Shown: in pieces, positions 1 to 7,767 of the stretch
How positions within the stretch are numbered: position 1 is the stretch's first letter
Layout: every line of letters begins with the position of its first letter
From: a virus
Lineage: Duplodnaviria > Caudoviricetes
IMG/VR virus record: IMGVR_UViG_3300033076_000766
Span: 1 to 33,361 of that record
DNA: 33,361 nucleotides
Reading direction: 5' to 3' (one strand)
Program-made: the position numbers and the translations under genes
The notes under the pieces: generated by a model
What the model was told of the DNA's origin: nothing
What the model saw: only the letters and a program-made list of their open reading frames with translations
Databases searched by the model: none

Positions 1-595
1 GCAGCAGGAACGAACAGGTCGCCTCGAAAGGAAGGTTCTTGTCGCAAATCGGAATCCAGCCGTCCTTGCCGGTGAGGGAGTGTTTTTTCTGGATTTCGAG
101 TTTGCCGTTGACCTTGACCATCTCGATCTTTTCCTCGGCACGCAGGCACAGGATGATGTGCATCGGGCTGTTGAGCAGCGCCGACATGAATTTCTTGTGT
201 TCGGACTTTGCCTTGTTCCAGTTGGGCAAACGGGGATTGCCGGCTTCGGCAATGTCCTGAATGCCGCCGATGCCCTCGAACTCGTGCGAGCCGCTGTCGA
301 TGATCAGGACCTCGACGCCAGCCTTGGAAAATTCCTCGATGGCCTGGATGTAGCGGGCGGGGCTGAATGGCGGCTTGAGTTCGCCGTAGAGGAATGGCTG
401 GGGCACGGTGTCGGCGTAGAACTTGCCGCGACCATTCTCGGTGTCGAGGAAGCCCACTTTATTGGCGTCACCGTTGGCCATGCCGTAGGCGAGCTGGATG
501 GCCGTGTAGGTTTTGCCGCAGCCGCTCACACCGGCCAACATGATGAGGATGCGAGCGCCTTCGCGCTGAACTTTTTGAATCTGAATGATGCTCAT
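1..595 (-). CDS. AAA-family ATPase, Sak4/AAA_24-like phage recombination protein (3' end outside window)
   Basis: Not in the ORF track because it runs off the left edge. ATG at 595 with SD AAGGAG at 602-607. Translates MSIIQIQKVQREGARILIMLAGVSGCGKT (Walker A)...GFLDTENGRG...LIIDSGSH (Walker B). Lies downstream of the RecE-like nuclease. Confidence 0.8.
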   Translation of the reverse strand, partial: MSIIQIQKVQREGARILIMLAGVSGCGKTYTAIQLAYGMANGDANKVGFLDTENGRGKFYADTVPQPFLYGELKPPFSPARYIQAIEEFSKAGVEVLIIDSGSHEFEGIGGIQDIAEAGNPRLPNWNKAKSEHKKFMSALLNSPMHIILCLRAEEKIEMVKVNGKLEIQKKHSLTGKDGWIPICDKNLPFEATCSFLL

Positions 596-605
596 GGAAA
601 TCTCC

Positions 606-869
606 TTAGAAGTTGGAATTGAGGAATTTTTCCTCGAATAATTTGAGGCCTTTGTCTGCGCAGTTCTTCGCGTCATTTGTGTTGACCCCTACGCAGTTGA
701 GGGATGCGCAATAGACTTTGAGCCACACGTCGGCTCGCACCTTGTCTCGCTCGGACAAGACCGGCGCGGTGATCATGCCGGCGATGCGGTTGGCGTCGCG
801 GCCGTTCTGGGCGATTGCTTCCAGGCACTCCACCAGGCGCAGATCGAGGTCTTTATCGGCGGCACTCAT
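606..869 (-). CDS. hypothetical protein, 87 aa
   Basis: Start re-assigned to ATG 869 (MSAADKDLDL...), which overlaps the TGA of the upstream gene (ATGA). Its stop overlaps the SD of the ATPase gene. Confidence 0.65.
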   Translation of the reverse strand: MSAADKDLDLRLVECLEAIAQNGRDANRIAGMITAPVLSERDKVRADVWLKVYCASLNCVGVNTNDAKNCADKGLKLFEEKFLNSNF

Positions 870-1888
870 GCTGCCTCCGCATCGATCTGCTTTTGCGCCC
901 AGACAGGCATCGCCAGCTCGGTGACGGTCTCGGGGTAGCCAGGCCACACACCAGCCTCTTGGCAGCGTGCGATTGCGGGCAGCGTCTCGGCGATGCGCTT
1001 GTCCCAATAGGCCATGAGGTCAGCGCCGGCGCTGTGGTAGGCGGCGGCGTGCGGGGCCTCTTTCTCCTGCGCCAGCCACATGAAAGGCGGACGCGCGGCG
1101 GTGTTGAAAATCGACTGAAACACGCTGGTGTAGAACGAGGCCTGCAGACCGTAATCGAGGTTCCAGACTTGGCGCGCGAAGCCTTCCTTGCTGGCGTCGG
1201 TCGTGCTCTTGCCGTCGATGATCAGCCCGTTGGGAAACATGGCGCAGGGCTTGAGCATGAAGTCGGGGCGAATTTTCAGACGCACACCGGTGGTGGGATC
1301 GACCGACAAAATCGACACCTCGGTGAGGCTGTGCTCGGCGAGCTGCTCGAACACCACGCGACTGATCGGCAGCGCGCGAGCGATGCGCGCCATCTTCTCG
1401 ACGCCGGCAATATGGTCGGCGCTCAGCACATCGCGGCCGGTGAGCTTGGGCATCCACTCGGTGATGAAATCGAGGTCTGACTGCTGCACAGGCGTACCGC
1501 CTTCGGCCTCAATTTCAGCGGCCAGGGCTTTGCCTTCTTTTGTGCTGAGCTTGATATCGTCGGGGATGCCGCGCATCGCTGTGAAGCGATCGCCGTCCGC
1601 CAGACAGTCGGCGAGCAGCTTGGCCCTCGTGGTGGCTGGGTGCACATCGTGGTTGGTAGCGAAGCGCTCGCCAAAGGCGTGCGGCTCGAACACGGCACAG
1701 TGCCAGGCGCGGCCAATGCGAAAGTGCTTTTTGTCAATCTTCTCGCGCTCGGGGTCGAGGTATGCGGCCCAATAGTGCAGCGGTGAAACGAGAAAGCGCT
1801 TGATGCCGCTTGAGCCCAGCGCTGCGTCGTCGTGGTAGGTTTCGTTAGGTAGGTCGGGAAAGACCCCCATCAGTGCATTGTTTTCCAT
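866..1888 (-). CDS. PD-(D/E)XK exonuclease, RecE/ExoVIII-like (DUF3799-type)
   Basis: Motifs YH..ALGSSGIK, GRAWHCAVFEP, KIRPD, IIDGKST, YGLQASFY, WPGY. SD AGGAG upstream. Confidence 0.85.
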   Translation of the reverse strand: MENNALMGVFPDLPNETYHDDAALGSSGIKRFLVSPLHYWAAYLDPEREKIDKKHFRIGRAWHCAVFEPHAFGERFATNHDVHPATTRAKLLADCLADGDRFTAMRGIPDDIKLSTKEGKALAAEIEAEGGTPVQQSDLDFITEWMPKLTGRDVLSADHIAGVEKMARIARALPISRVVFEQLAEHSLTEVSILSVDPTTGVRLKIRPDFMLKPCAMFPNGLIIDGKSTTDASKEGFARQVWNLDYGLQASFYTSVFQSIFNTAARPPFMWLAQEKEAPHAAAYHSAGADLMAYWDKRIAETLPAIARCQEAGVWPGYPETVTELAMPVWAQKQIDAEAA

Positions 1889-2033
1889 GTTGCTCCTAGG
1901 TTATGCGTGAGCCGTATCAGCTCACGGAGCAAATAATAACACAAACCCGCGCAATTCATCTGCTCAGTGAATAGTGTATATTACGGCGGCGGAATAAAAA
2001 GCCGTGAACTATTTACACCCCGAAAGGAATACC

Positions 2034-2468
2034 ATGCAAATGATTGGACTGGCCCGCCTGGGCCGTGATGCGGAACTCCGCAAGACACAGAGTGGCGAAA
2101 GCGTCTGCAGCCTGTCGCTCGCTTTCAATTACGGCCGTAAGGCAGAGGACGGCAGCCGCCCCGTGCAATGGGTCGAGGGCACGCTGTGGGGACGCCAGGC
2201 CGAGGCGCTGGTGGACTACCTGCTCAAGGGCAAGCTGGTGTGCGTGACGATCGATGACCCGTATCTGCAGACATACGAAGGCCGAAACGGTCCCGGCACC
2301 AAACTGTCAGGCCGCATCAGCTCAATCGAATTAGCTGGCGGCGCAGAGGGCCAACAGCAGCAGCGCCAGGCGCCAGCACAGCCAGCAGCTCAGCGCCCGC
2401 CGGCACCAGCACAGGCAGCCAGCCGACCAGCTCCGGCCGACGATATGGACGACGACATTCCGTTCTAA
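2034..2468 (+). CDS. ssb: single-stranded DNA-binding protein
   Basis: RLGRDAELRKTQSGESVCSLSLA OB-fold start, Q/P/A-rich linker, C-terminal DDDIPF. SD AAAGGA before ATG 2034. Confidence 0.95.
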   Translation: MQMIGLARLGRDAELRKTQSGESVCSLSLAFNYGRKAEDGSRPVQWVEGTLWGRQAEALVDYLLKGKLVCVTIDDPYLQTYEGRNGPGTKLSGRISSIELAGGAEGQQQQRQAPAQPAAQRPPAPAQAASRPAPADDMDDDIPF

Positions 2469-2495
2469 AGCGCAACGCCCAAACTGAGCACATTC

Positions 2496-2516
2496 AAGCC
2501 CGCTTCGGCGGGCTTT
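2496..2516 (+). terminator. intrinsic terminator after ssb
   Basis: AAGCCCGC-TTCG-GCGGGCTT hairpin with a short T run. Confidence 0.75.
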
Positions 2517-2652
2517 CCAATTGACAGACCCACGAATCAGTAAGCCGACAAATTATTCACACGCAATTACTTACCTCCTGTTCAAGCGTTCACGGGAGCG
2601 CATACGTTGCTTCTGTCTCCCCCGGCGAATCAGCACACGAACGGAGAAATAT

Positions 2653-2880
2653 GTGAATACAACGACAACAATAGACATTGTCGCTATTCAGCAGCAGTTG
2701 GGGCTTTCGGATGGCAAGCTAGGGACGGCCATTGGAGTGCAGCGCCAGACGGTGAGGAATTGGCGCGTCGGACGGCCCTGCCCTGACCTGGCGCAGAATG
2801 CGCTGCGGTGGGTGCTTGAGCTTCGCCGCCTGGACCCGTCGAACGATAACCTGCCCGACGGGCTCAGGGTAAAGCTATGA
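2653..2880 (+). CDS. small XRE/Cro-like helix-turn-helix protein
   Basis: LGLSDGKLGTAIGVQRQTVRNWRVG HTH pattern. Likely start is GTG 2653 with SD GGAG at 2643-2646, in frame with track ORF 2521..2880. Confidence 0.7.
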   Translation: MNTTTTIDIVAIQQQLGLSDGKLGTAIGVQRQTVRNWRVGRPCPDLAQNALRWVLELRRLDPSNDNLPDGLRVKL

Positions 2881-2978
2881 AGATCGATGACGACGCCCTA
2901 GAGGTTGGCATGCTGATCGCGGTCAACAACGTGATCTGCTTCGCGATCGGCTTTATCGGCGCCTACCTTCTGCTGTAA
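2877..2978 (+). CDS. 33-aa hydrophobic (single-TM) peptide overlapping the integrase 3' end
   Basis: ATG overlaps the HTH stop (ATGA). MKIDDDALEVGMLIAVNNVICFAIGFIGAYLLL*. Below the ORF-track cutoff. Confidence 0.5.
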   Translation: MKIDDDALEVGMLIAVNNVICFAIGFIGAYLLL

Positions 2979-4136
2979 CCACGCCTCCCACTTGGCGACC
3001 GCCTGGCGCTTTTCGGTCAGGTACTCGTAGCGGTCATAGTGACGCGATGAGACGTCGCCCTCGGTGTGGTTCTGGAGCAGGTCGCGCTCCACCTTCGTCA
3101 GCCCTGCCGCGCCGGCCAGTGTCTTCCAGGTCCGGCGCAGGTCGCGCCCATTGAACGGCGCCAGTGCACGCTCCGCCGCATACCGCTTGAGGAACACCAG
3201 CACGGCACCGTCGGGCTGGTGCTTTCCTGCCTTCTCGCTCGGAAACAGCCAACCTTCTCGGCTCGGCTGGAGGCCGTCTAAGATTGCCGCCGCACGCCTG
3301 CAGACAGGCAGCACATGAGGCTTGCCGTTCTTCGTCTTCTCCCAGATCAGCAGGCGCTCGGCGCTGTTCCACTGGTGCGCCTTGAGCTGCAGGATTTCGC
3401 GCACGCGCTGGCCGGTGAGCATGATGAGCGCGATCGCCTCTCGCACCTTGGTGCGCCTCTGACCGAACCCACGCAGCGAGTTGAGCAGCTGCTTGTACTC
3501 CAGCTCGGACAGCCACCGATTGCCCACGCCCTCGGCCTCGGTGTCGCGTGCCACCGCCTCGATCGGGTTGGTCTTGATGCCCCAATCGCGGGGGTTCTCG
3601 ACGCGGTAATCGTGGGTGGCCTTCATGGCCCAGCGGAATGCCGCGCCGATGTACATGCGGAACTTGTCGGCCTGCACACGGGAGCCACGATCGTAGACGG
3701 GCTTGATCACCGACACGATATCGTCGGGGGTGACCTCGGCCGCCAGCTTGTGGGCGCCGATTTTCTTGGAGGCCGCAGCAAGAATTTTCTCGGCTTGCTT
3801 GACCGCTGGCTTGCCGGCCTGGCGCAGGCTGTCGAGGTAGCCGTTGAACATTTCGCCCAGGGTGGCCTCTGGCTTTGCCGCTTCCTCCTGACCAGCAGCA
3901 GGGTCGGCAAACTTCGCCCTAGCCTGCGCCAACGTCATGTCAGGGAAGGCGCCGAGCTTCTCCATCCGCTTGGCACCGAGCACGTATTTGGCCGAGTACC
4001 ACTCGGCGCGGTTGGGCTTGACTACGAGGGTCAGCCGGCCGGCTCCCTTGGGCGCTTTGTCGGTCAGGGTGATCGCGGTCTTTTCGCCCTTCTTGATCTC
4101 GCGCAGGGCGGCCCGGATGGATGCGTCGGTGAGCAT
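2898..4136 (-). CDS. int: tyrosine integrase, P4-like with N-terminal arm-binding domain
   Basis: MLTDASIR N-terminus, LGAFPDMTLAQAR, catalytic LTGQRVREI, KTKN, RDLRRT, LQNH, HYDRY. SD GAGG. Confidence 0.95.
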   Translation of the reverse strand: MLTDASIRAALREIKKGEKTAITLTDKAPKGAGRLTLVVKPNRAEWYSAKYVLGAKRMEKLGAFPDMTLAQARAKFADPAAGQEEAAKPEATLGEMFNGYLDSLRQAGKPAVKQAEKILAAASKKIGAHKLAAEVTPDDIVSVIKPVYDRGSRVQADKFRMYIGAAFRWAMKATHDYRVENPRDWGIKTNPIEAVARDTEAEGVGNRWLSELEYKQLLNSLRGFGQRRTKVREAIALIMLTGQRVREILQLKAHQWNSAERLLIWEKTKNGKPHVLPVCRRAAAILDGLQPSREGWLFPSEKAGKHQPDGAVLVFLKRYAAERALAPFNGRDLRRTWKTLAGAAGLTKVERDLLQNHTEGDVSSRHYDRYEYLTEKRQAVAKWEAWLQQKVGADKADREADHVVDRDQHANL

Positions 4137-4150
4137 GGAAACCTCGAACT

Positions 4151-4395
4151 TGGTAGCGGTTTAGTAGCGGTATCAGAAAACAATCACGCTCCAAAGGCTT
4201 ATTTGTTCGGGTTTCCACTTGGTAGCGGTTTGGCCTGTAAACCGTTGTCTGTCTTGCAAAATCCTTTTACCAACTCGGTAAAGGGATTTGATGTTCGGCT
4301 CTTGCTCGGGGAGCCATTTCCAGCCCAAAAAACTCAACAAAATCAAAGTGTCGCTAAGGGTTGGACGGGGTTTTGGTAGCGGTTACGGTAGCGGT
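4151..4395. promoter_or_regulatory. putative attP: five arm-type direct repeats flanking a tRNA-3'-like core
   Basis: GTAGCGGT-containing 10-mers at 4151-4160, 4162-4171, 4220-4229, 4374-4383 and 4386-4395. Core TCGGGGAGCCA at 4306-4316. AT-rich with IHF-like boxes; adjacent to the int start. Confidence 0.75.
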
Positions 4396-4407
4396 ATGCC
4401 AGACCCG

Positions 4408-4437
4408 AAAAAAAGCCCCGATCGAGGTCGGGGCTAA
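4408..4437 (-). terminator. intrinsic terminator of the lysis operon
   Basis: Minus strand reads AGCCCCGAC-CTC-GATCGGGGCT followed by a T run, about 35 nt after the Rz stop. Confidence 0.85.
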
Positions 4438-4470
4438 GTGGGTCCAAACGAACCCAAGAGACAACCGGCG

Positions 4471-4956
4471 TCAGTTTTTGCAGACGGTCGTGGCGTAGCC
4501 CTGCAGGCCGCTCACTTGGTCGCGGAGTTCGTCAGCGTCCTTTGCCATCCTTCGATATTCGTTTGCGCACGCTCCAAGTAGCTTTCGGGCTGCACGGGCT
4601 TGGCCAGTGAGGGCGGCAGCGGTGGAATCTGCGGGGGTTGGACCGGCATTGAGTCGCTCGATCTCGTCGCGCAACCCGCCAGCCACAGCGTCAGCATGCT
4701 CAGCGCGAGCCAGCAGCTCGGCTTCCTTCTTGGCTTGTTCATTGGCAATCCTGTCTGCGTCTGCACGCATGGTCTTTTCTTTGGCCCGCGCCGCTGCCTC
4801 GGCCTTGCGGGTGTTCTCGGCCACATCGGCCTGGTAGCTGGCGAACTCGGCCTGCACCCACGCCAGGCGCACCGTCTGCACGCCGAGCAGCCCCACCAGC
4901 ACGCCGACAACGGCCAGCGGCACCCATGGGGGTATCAGGCCCAATAGGCGGCCCAT
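4471..4956 (-). CDS. Rz: inner-membrane spanin (Rz-like)
   Basis: Start re-assigned to ATG 4956 (TGATG overlap with endolysin stop). N-terminal TM (WVPLAVVGVLVGLLGV), then an Ala/Glu-rich coiled coil with two C-terminal-half Cys. Confidence 0.85.
   Translation of the reverse strand: MGRLLGLIPPWVPLAVVGVLVGLLGVQTVRLAWVQAEFASYQADVAENTRKAEAAARAKEKTMRADADRIANEQAKKEAELLARAEHADAVAGGLRDEIERLNAGPTPADSTAAALTGQARAARKLLGACANEYRRMAKDADELRDQVSGLQGYATTVCKN
4512..4742 (-). CDS. Rz1: outer-membrane spanin lipoprotein (Rz1-like), embedded in Rz
   Basis: Alternate frame inside Rz. MNKPRRKPSCWLALSMLTLWLAGC (lipobox LAGC) followed by Pro-rich PVQPPQIPPLPP. Confidence 0.85.
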   Translation of the reverse strand: MNKPRRKPSCWLALSMLTLWLAGCATRSSDSMPVQPPQIPPLPPSLAKPVQPESYLERAQTNIEGWQRTLTNSATK

Positions 4957-5669
4957 CAGACCTTCCCCTTGTATTTCGGCATGCGGGTGACCAGGACGTC
5001 CTCGACGTGGTGGCGGTTGATGTCGCAGGCCGATCGGCCGGCGTAGAGCGGCTTGGTCGATTTGAGACAGACCTTCTCGACGTTGCCGAACCACTTGTTG
5101 GGGTCGCAGCCGGTGCGCAGCGAGCAGGCGCGGCGCTCGTTCATCACGCCCCCTACCCCGCCGTTGTAGGCGGCGTCGGTCATGGCCAGCTTGCCATCCT
5201 GGTCTGGCACCAGCGGGTCGAGCCGGTTCCAGTTGGCGCGCGTCATCAGGATGAGCACGCGCATCTGGAGGTCGGGCCGCGAGTAGACAGTCTCCCAGCG
5301 CAGATCGTTGAGCCCCTTGCGGTCAAGGCGCTTGGCATCCTCCAGGGCGTCGAACCTGGTGGAGCCGTCAGCCTTGAAAGCGCGGGTGAGCTGGCCCAGG
5401 CCGGCGCCCTCCTCGCGGTCGGACTTGAGCCGCGACTTCGGGTTCCAGCACTTGGAGTGCTTGAGGCTGATGCAGCTCTCATGCTCGATCAGGGCGCCGA
5501 AATAGTTGGGCGCAAAAAAGCTCGGCCACACCTCGGCCACCTGGGCCTTGAGGGTCGGCAGGTGCTCCTTGGCCTGCTCGGGAATGTAGGTCTTGACGTC
5601 CTGGGCGTGGGCGGGATGCCACCACGCCAGGATGACAGCCGCCATGCAGACGGCGAGCCAGCGCTTCAT
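4956..5669 (-). CDS. endolysin, SLT-type lytic transglycosylase with N-terminal signal peptide
   Basis: Start ATG 5669 (ATGA overlap). Motifs IEHES, GAGLGQLT, AAYNGG. N-terminus MKRWLAVCMAAVILAWWHPAHA|QD. Confidence 0.85.
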   Translation of the reverse strand: MKRWLAVCMAAVILAWWHPAHAQDVKTYIPEQAKEHLPTLKAQVAEVWPSFFAPNYFGALIEHESCISLKHSKCWNPKSRLKSDREEGAGLGQLTRAFKADGSTRFDALEDAKRLDRKGLNDLRWETVYSRPDLQMRVLILMTRANWNRLDPLVPDQDGKLAMTDAAYNGGVGGVMNERRACSLRTGCDPNKWFGNVEKVCLKSTKPLYAGRSACDINRHHVEDVLVTRMPKYKGKV

Positions 5670-5995
5670 CGCTGCACCTGGGCAAAGAACGACAGCAGGC
5701 CCCACAGCACCATGGCGCGAAGCAGACACACGCCCAGGTAGGCGATGCCGGCGGCGTAGTTGCCCATGATGGACTGCTCGTAGAGGTCCTCGCTCTTGGC
5801 GCTGCCGAGCATGGCCTTGGCGATGAGATACGCCACGCCAGTCACGAGGAAGGCCTGACCCCAGAGCTGGAGACGCAGCAGGGTGTCAGCATAGCGGGGA
5901 GACGGGTCGGTCCAGATGAACCACGTGAGCACGATGAGCGGCACGATGGCGAACTGGAAACTGCGAGAACCGAGGAAACTCAAAAACTTTTTCAT
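5666..5995 (-). CDS. putative holin, 3 TM segments
   Basis: 109 aa with three hydrophobic segments and a GNYAAGIAYLG motif; immediately upstream of the endolysin. SD AGGAG. Confidence 0.65.
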   Translation of the reverse strand: MKKFLSFLGSRSFQFAIVPLIVLTWFIWTDPSPRYADTLLRLQLWGQAFLVTGVAYLIAKAMLGSAKSEDLYEQSIMGNYAAGIAYLGVCLLRAMVLWGLLSFFAQVQR

Positions 5996-5999
5996 GGGG

Positions 6000-6503
6000 T
6001 CAAACTCCTATTTGGACGTAGAGGAAAAGGGCGGCGCCGATCGTGCCGGCGCCCACGGATGCCCAGAACAGCGGCATGGCCACTGCCAGGATTGCGGCGG
6101 TCGAGAGGACGATGCCGATCTGCAGCGCAGCACCGGCGTAGGTATAGAAGGGCGAGCGAGCCGAGGCCTTGGCGCGCTCGGCCTCCAGCTCCTTGGCCTT
6201 GGCGGCGATCTCGTCCATGTCGGCCTTCATGCGGGTCGCTTCGGCTCGGTACTTGTTGGCCACCTGCTTGTCGGCGGTGGTGTCGGCGGTGGTGGCGTAG
6301 ATGCCAGCGCGCACGTTCTTGGCCTGGTACCAAGACCATTGGTTGTTGGCCGCGATGGTGTTGGACATGACCTTGGAGCTGTTCGAGCCACCAATCATAG
6401 TGTTGATCGCCAGCAGGGCGGCGAAGGCAGTCACGACGATGGCCGCGCGCTTCTTGATCATGATCTCCAGCTCACTGCGGGTCAGGGTTTTCTTTTCGCT
6501 CAT
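6000..6503 (-). CDS. DUF4337-like membrane protein
   Basis: N-terminal TM, the NNQWSWYQAKNVR signature, a coiled coil and two C-terminal TMs. Start likely ATG 6503 (SD AAGGA). Confidence 0.7.
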   Translation of the reverse strand: MSEKKTLTRSELEIMIKKRAAIVVTAFAALLAINTMIGGSNSSKVMSNTIAANNQWSWYQAKNVRAGIYATTADTTADKQVANKYRAEATRMKADMDEIAAKAKELEAERAKASARSPFYTYAGAALQIGIVLSTAAILAVAMPLFWASVGAGTIGAALFLYVQIGV

Positions 6504-6810
6504 TAGCAATCCTTTCTTCAAAATCTTTGCGGAGTTTACGAAATTCTCGCGCCTCCATTACAAAAACAGCTCTGTCGGCTCTAAATTTCTGCTTGTCCTT
6601 GAGGTGATCGACAACGATCAACACAACGACGATCAGGAAAAACAAAACGAACACCACCAAAAAGGCGATGAACCACTGCGCTACTCGTGTGTCTTGACGA
6701 GCCAGCTCAACGACAACATCAGCGCCCACATCCACGCGACTACGAGCACCGACGCCACCAGCGCCAGTGCCCGATCGATTAGAAAACTGCGGGCCTGATA
6801 CTTTCGCCAT
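6472..6810 (-). CDS. single-TM membrane protein (start uncertain: 6810 or GTG 6735)
   Basis: WFIAFLVVFVLFFLIVVVLIVV TM followed by a charged helical tail. Fills the gap between neighbours and overlaps both. Confidence 0.6.
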   Translation of the reverse strand: MAKVSGPQFSNRSGTGAGGVGARSRVDVGADVVVELARQDTRVAQWFIAFLVVFVLFFLIVVVLIVVDHLKDKQKFRADRAVFVMEAREFRKLRKDFEERIANERKENPDPQ

Positions 6811-7424
6811 CTCTCGTTCAATTCCTCACCCCGCTGTCTTTCTTTCCTTGCTCGCTGCTCCTCGGTGACTTGCCCGTAGATCGCGTTGAAGTTGTCCCAC
6901 AGGGGCCCAAGCTGATGCGGGACATGAGCCCCGCGCATCATGCTGCTCAGGCGGCCATAGGCTTGGTCCGTCTCATGCTTGAAGGCGCTGAGCTGGAGGA
7001 TGACGTCGGGGTCTGGTTCGTCCTTTGCGTATTCGGCCTCCAGCGACACTTCGACCTGGTGGTTGATCTGCTTGTGTGCTCGGAAAAATGCGCCCACGTG
7101 ACCGAGGAACTGCTGGACGATCTCCTGCTCGGTTGGGACGTGGTTGATGTACTCGTCTTTGGCTTTACCGGCTGGCTTGGTTGGCTCGGCGACTGCGTCG
7201 GGAATGGCCAGCGGGGCGGGAGCTGATGAGGGCTTCGGAGCGAGGCCGAACAGGCTTTTGAGGGTGCCCCAGATAGACCGAGCGTCCTTGACGATGGTCT
7301 GAGCGTTCTCGGCTGCCTTCTTGATTTTCTGGACCTGGACGGTCCCCTCAGACAGGCACTCGCAGCAATACTCGATGCCGGCATAGGCTGCCCGAACCCC
7401 TTGGATGAGCAGCATGAGTTCCAC
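6681..7424 (-). CDS. hypothetical protein, helical with C-terminal TM
   Basis: 247 aa: amphipathic N-terminus with CCEC, Pro/Ala linker, coiled coil, TM ALALVASVLVVAWMWALMLSLSWLV. Abuts the upstream gene. Confidence 0.7.
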   Translation of the reverse strand: MELMLLIQGVRAAYAGIEYCCECLSEGTVQVQKIKKAAENAQTIVKDARSIWGTLKSLFGLAPKPSSAPAPLAIPDAVAEPTKPAGKAKDEYINHVPTEQEIVQQFLGHVGAFFRAHKQINHQVEVSLEAEYAKDEPDPDVILQLSAFKHETDQAYGRLSSMMRGAHVPHQLGPLWDNFNAIYGQVTEEQRARKERQRGEELNERWRKYQARSFLIDRALALVASVLVVAWMWALMLSLSWLVKTHE

Positions 7425-7425
7425 A

Positions 7426-7674
7426 TCAAATGCGCAGCCCGTGGTTTTTCAGGAAATCGAGCACCATGTAGCCGATGCCGCAGAGCGCCATCCAAACCAG
7501 GCCGGTCACGGTCTTCTCAATAACGGCGTCTCGAAACTTGATTTTTCGGCCCTCGGCCTCGATGGCCAGGCGCACCCACTGACGTTCTTCCTCGGTGAGC
7601 TGGTTGGTGTTGGCGCACGCCAATGCCTTAGTGAGTTCCTGGACCAGCTCGGCGCGTTCTTCGGCCGTCAGCAT
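7426..7674 (-). CDS. small membrane protein (holin/antiholin-like), first gene of lysis cassette
   Basis: 82 aa with a charged helical N-terminus and a C-terminal TM TVTGLVWMALCGIGYMVL. Confidence 0.7.
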   Translation of the reverse strand: MLTAEERAELVQELTKALACANTNQLTEEERQWVRLAIEAEGRKIKFRDAVIEKTVTGLVWMALCGIGYMVLDFLKNHGLRI

Positions 7675-7767
7675 AGGTTGAATGCGGCCATGTGACCGGG
7701 TGAAGGTTGGTAATTCATTGGCGTATTCGGCGGGTCTGTTAGCGGGGGCGCGACGAAGGCTTGCGAT

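Noticed and set aside
80-622. 180-aa plus-strand ORF in the track
   Set aside because: Shadow of the real minus-strand ATPase (start 595), which has Walker motifs and an SD.
2521-2550. Perfect TTGACA as promoter or TTG start of the HTH gene
   Set aside because: No credible -10 box at 16-18 nt; GTG 2653 with an SD is a better start.
3130-3150. Integrase H-x-x-R motif reads RDLR, suggesting an inactive enzyme
   Set aside because: The other catalytic residues (R, K, R, H, Y) and the frame are intact; substitution at this His is tolerated in some tyrosine recombinases.
4240-4316. Possible tRNA gene ending ...GGGGAGCCA
   Set aside because: No complementary 5' acceptor strand (TCCCCGA) or cloverleaf upstream; only a 3' fragment, interpreted as the att core.
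4151-4395. Short repeats as a mini CRISPR array or iterons
   Set aside because: Only 8-10 bp, irregular spacing, no cas or rep gene nearby; the layout fits integrase arm sites.
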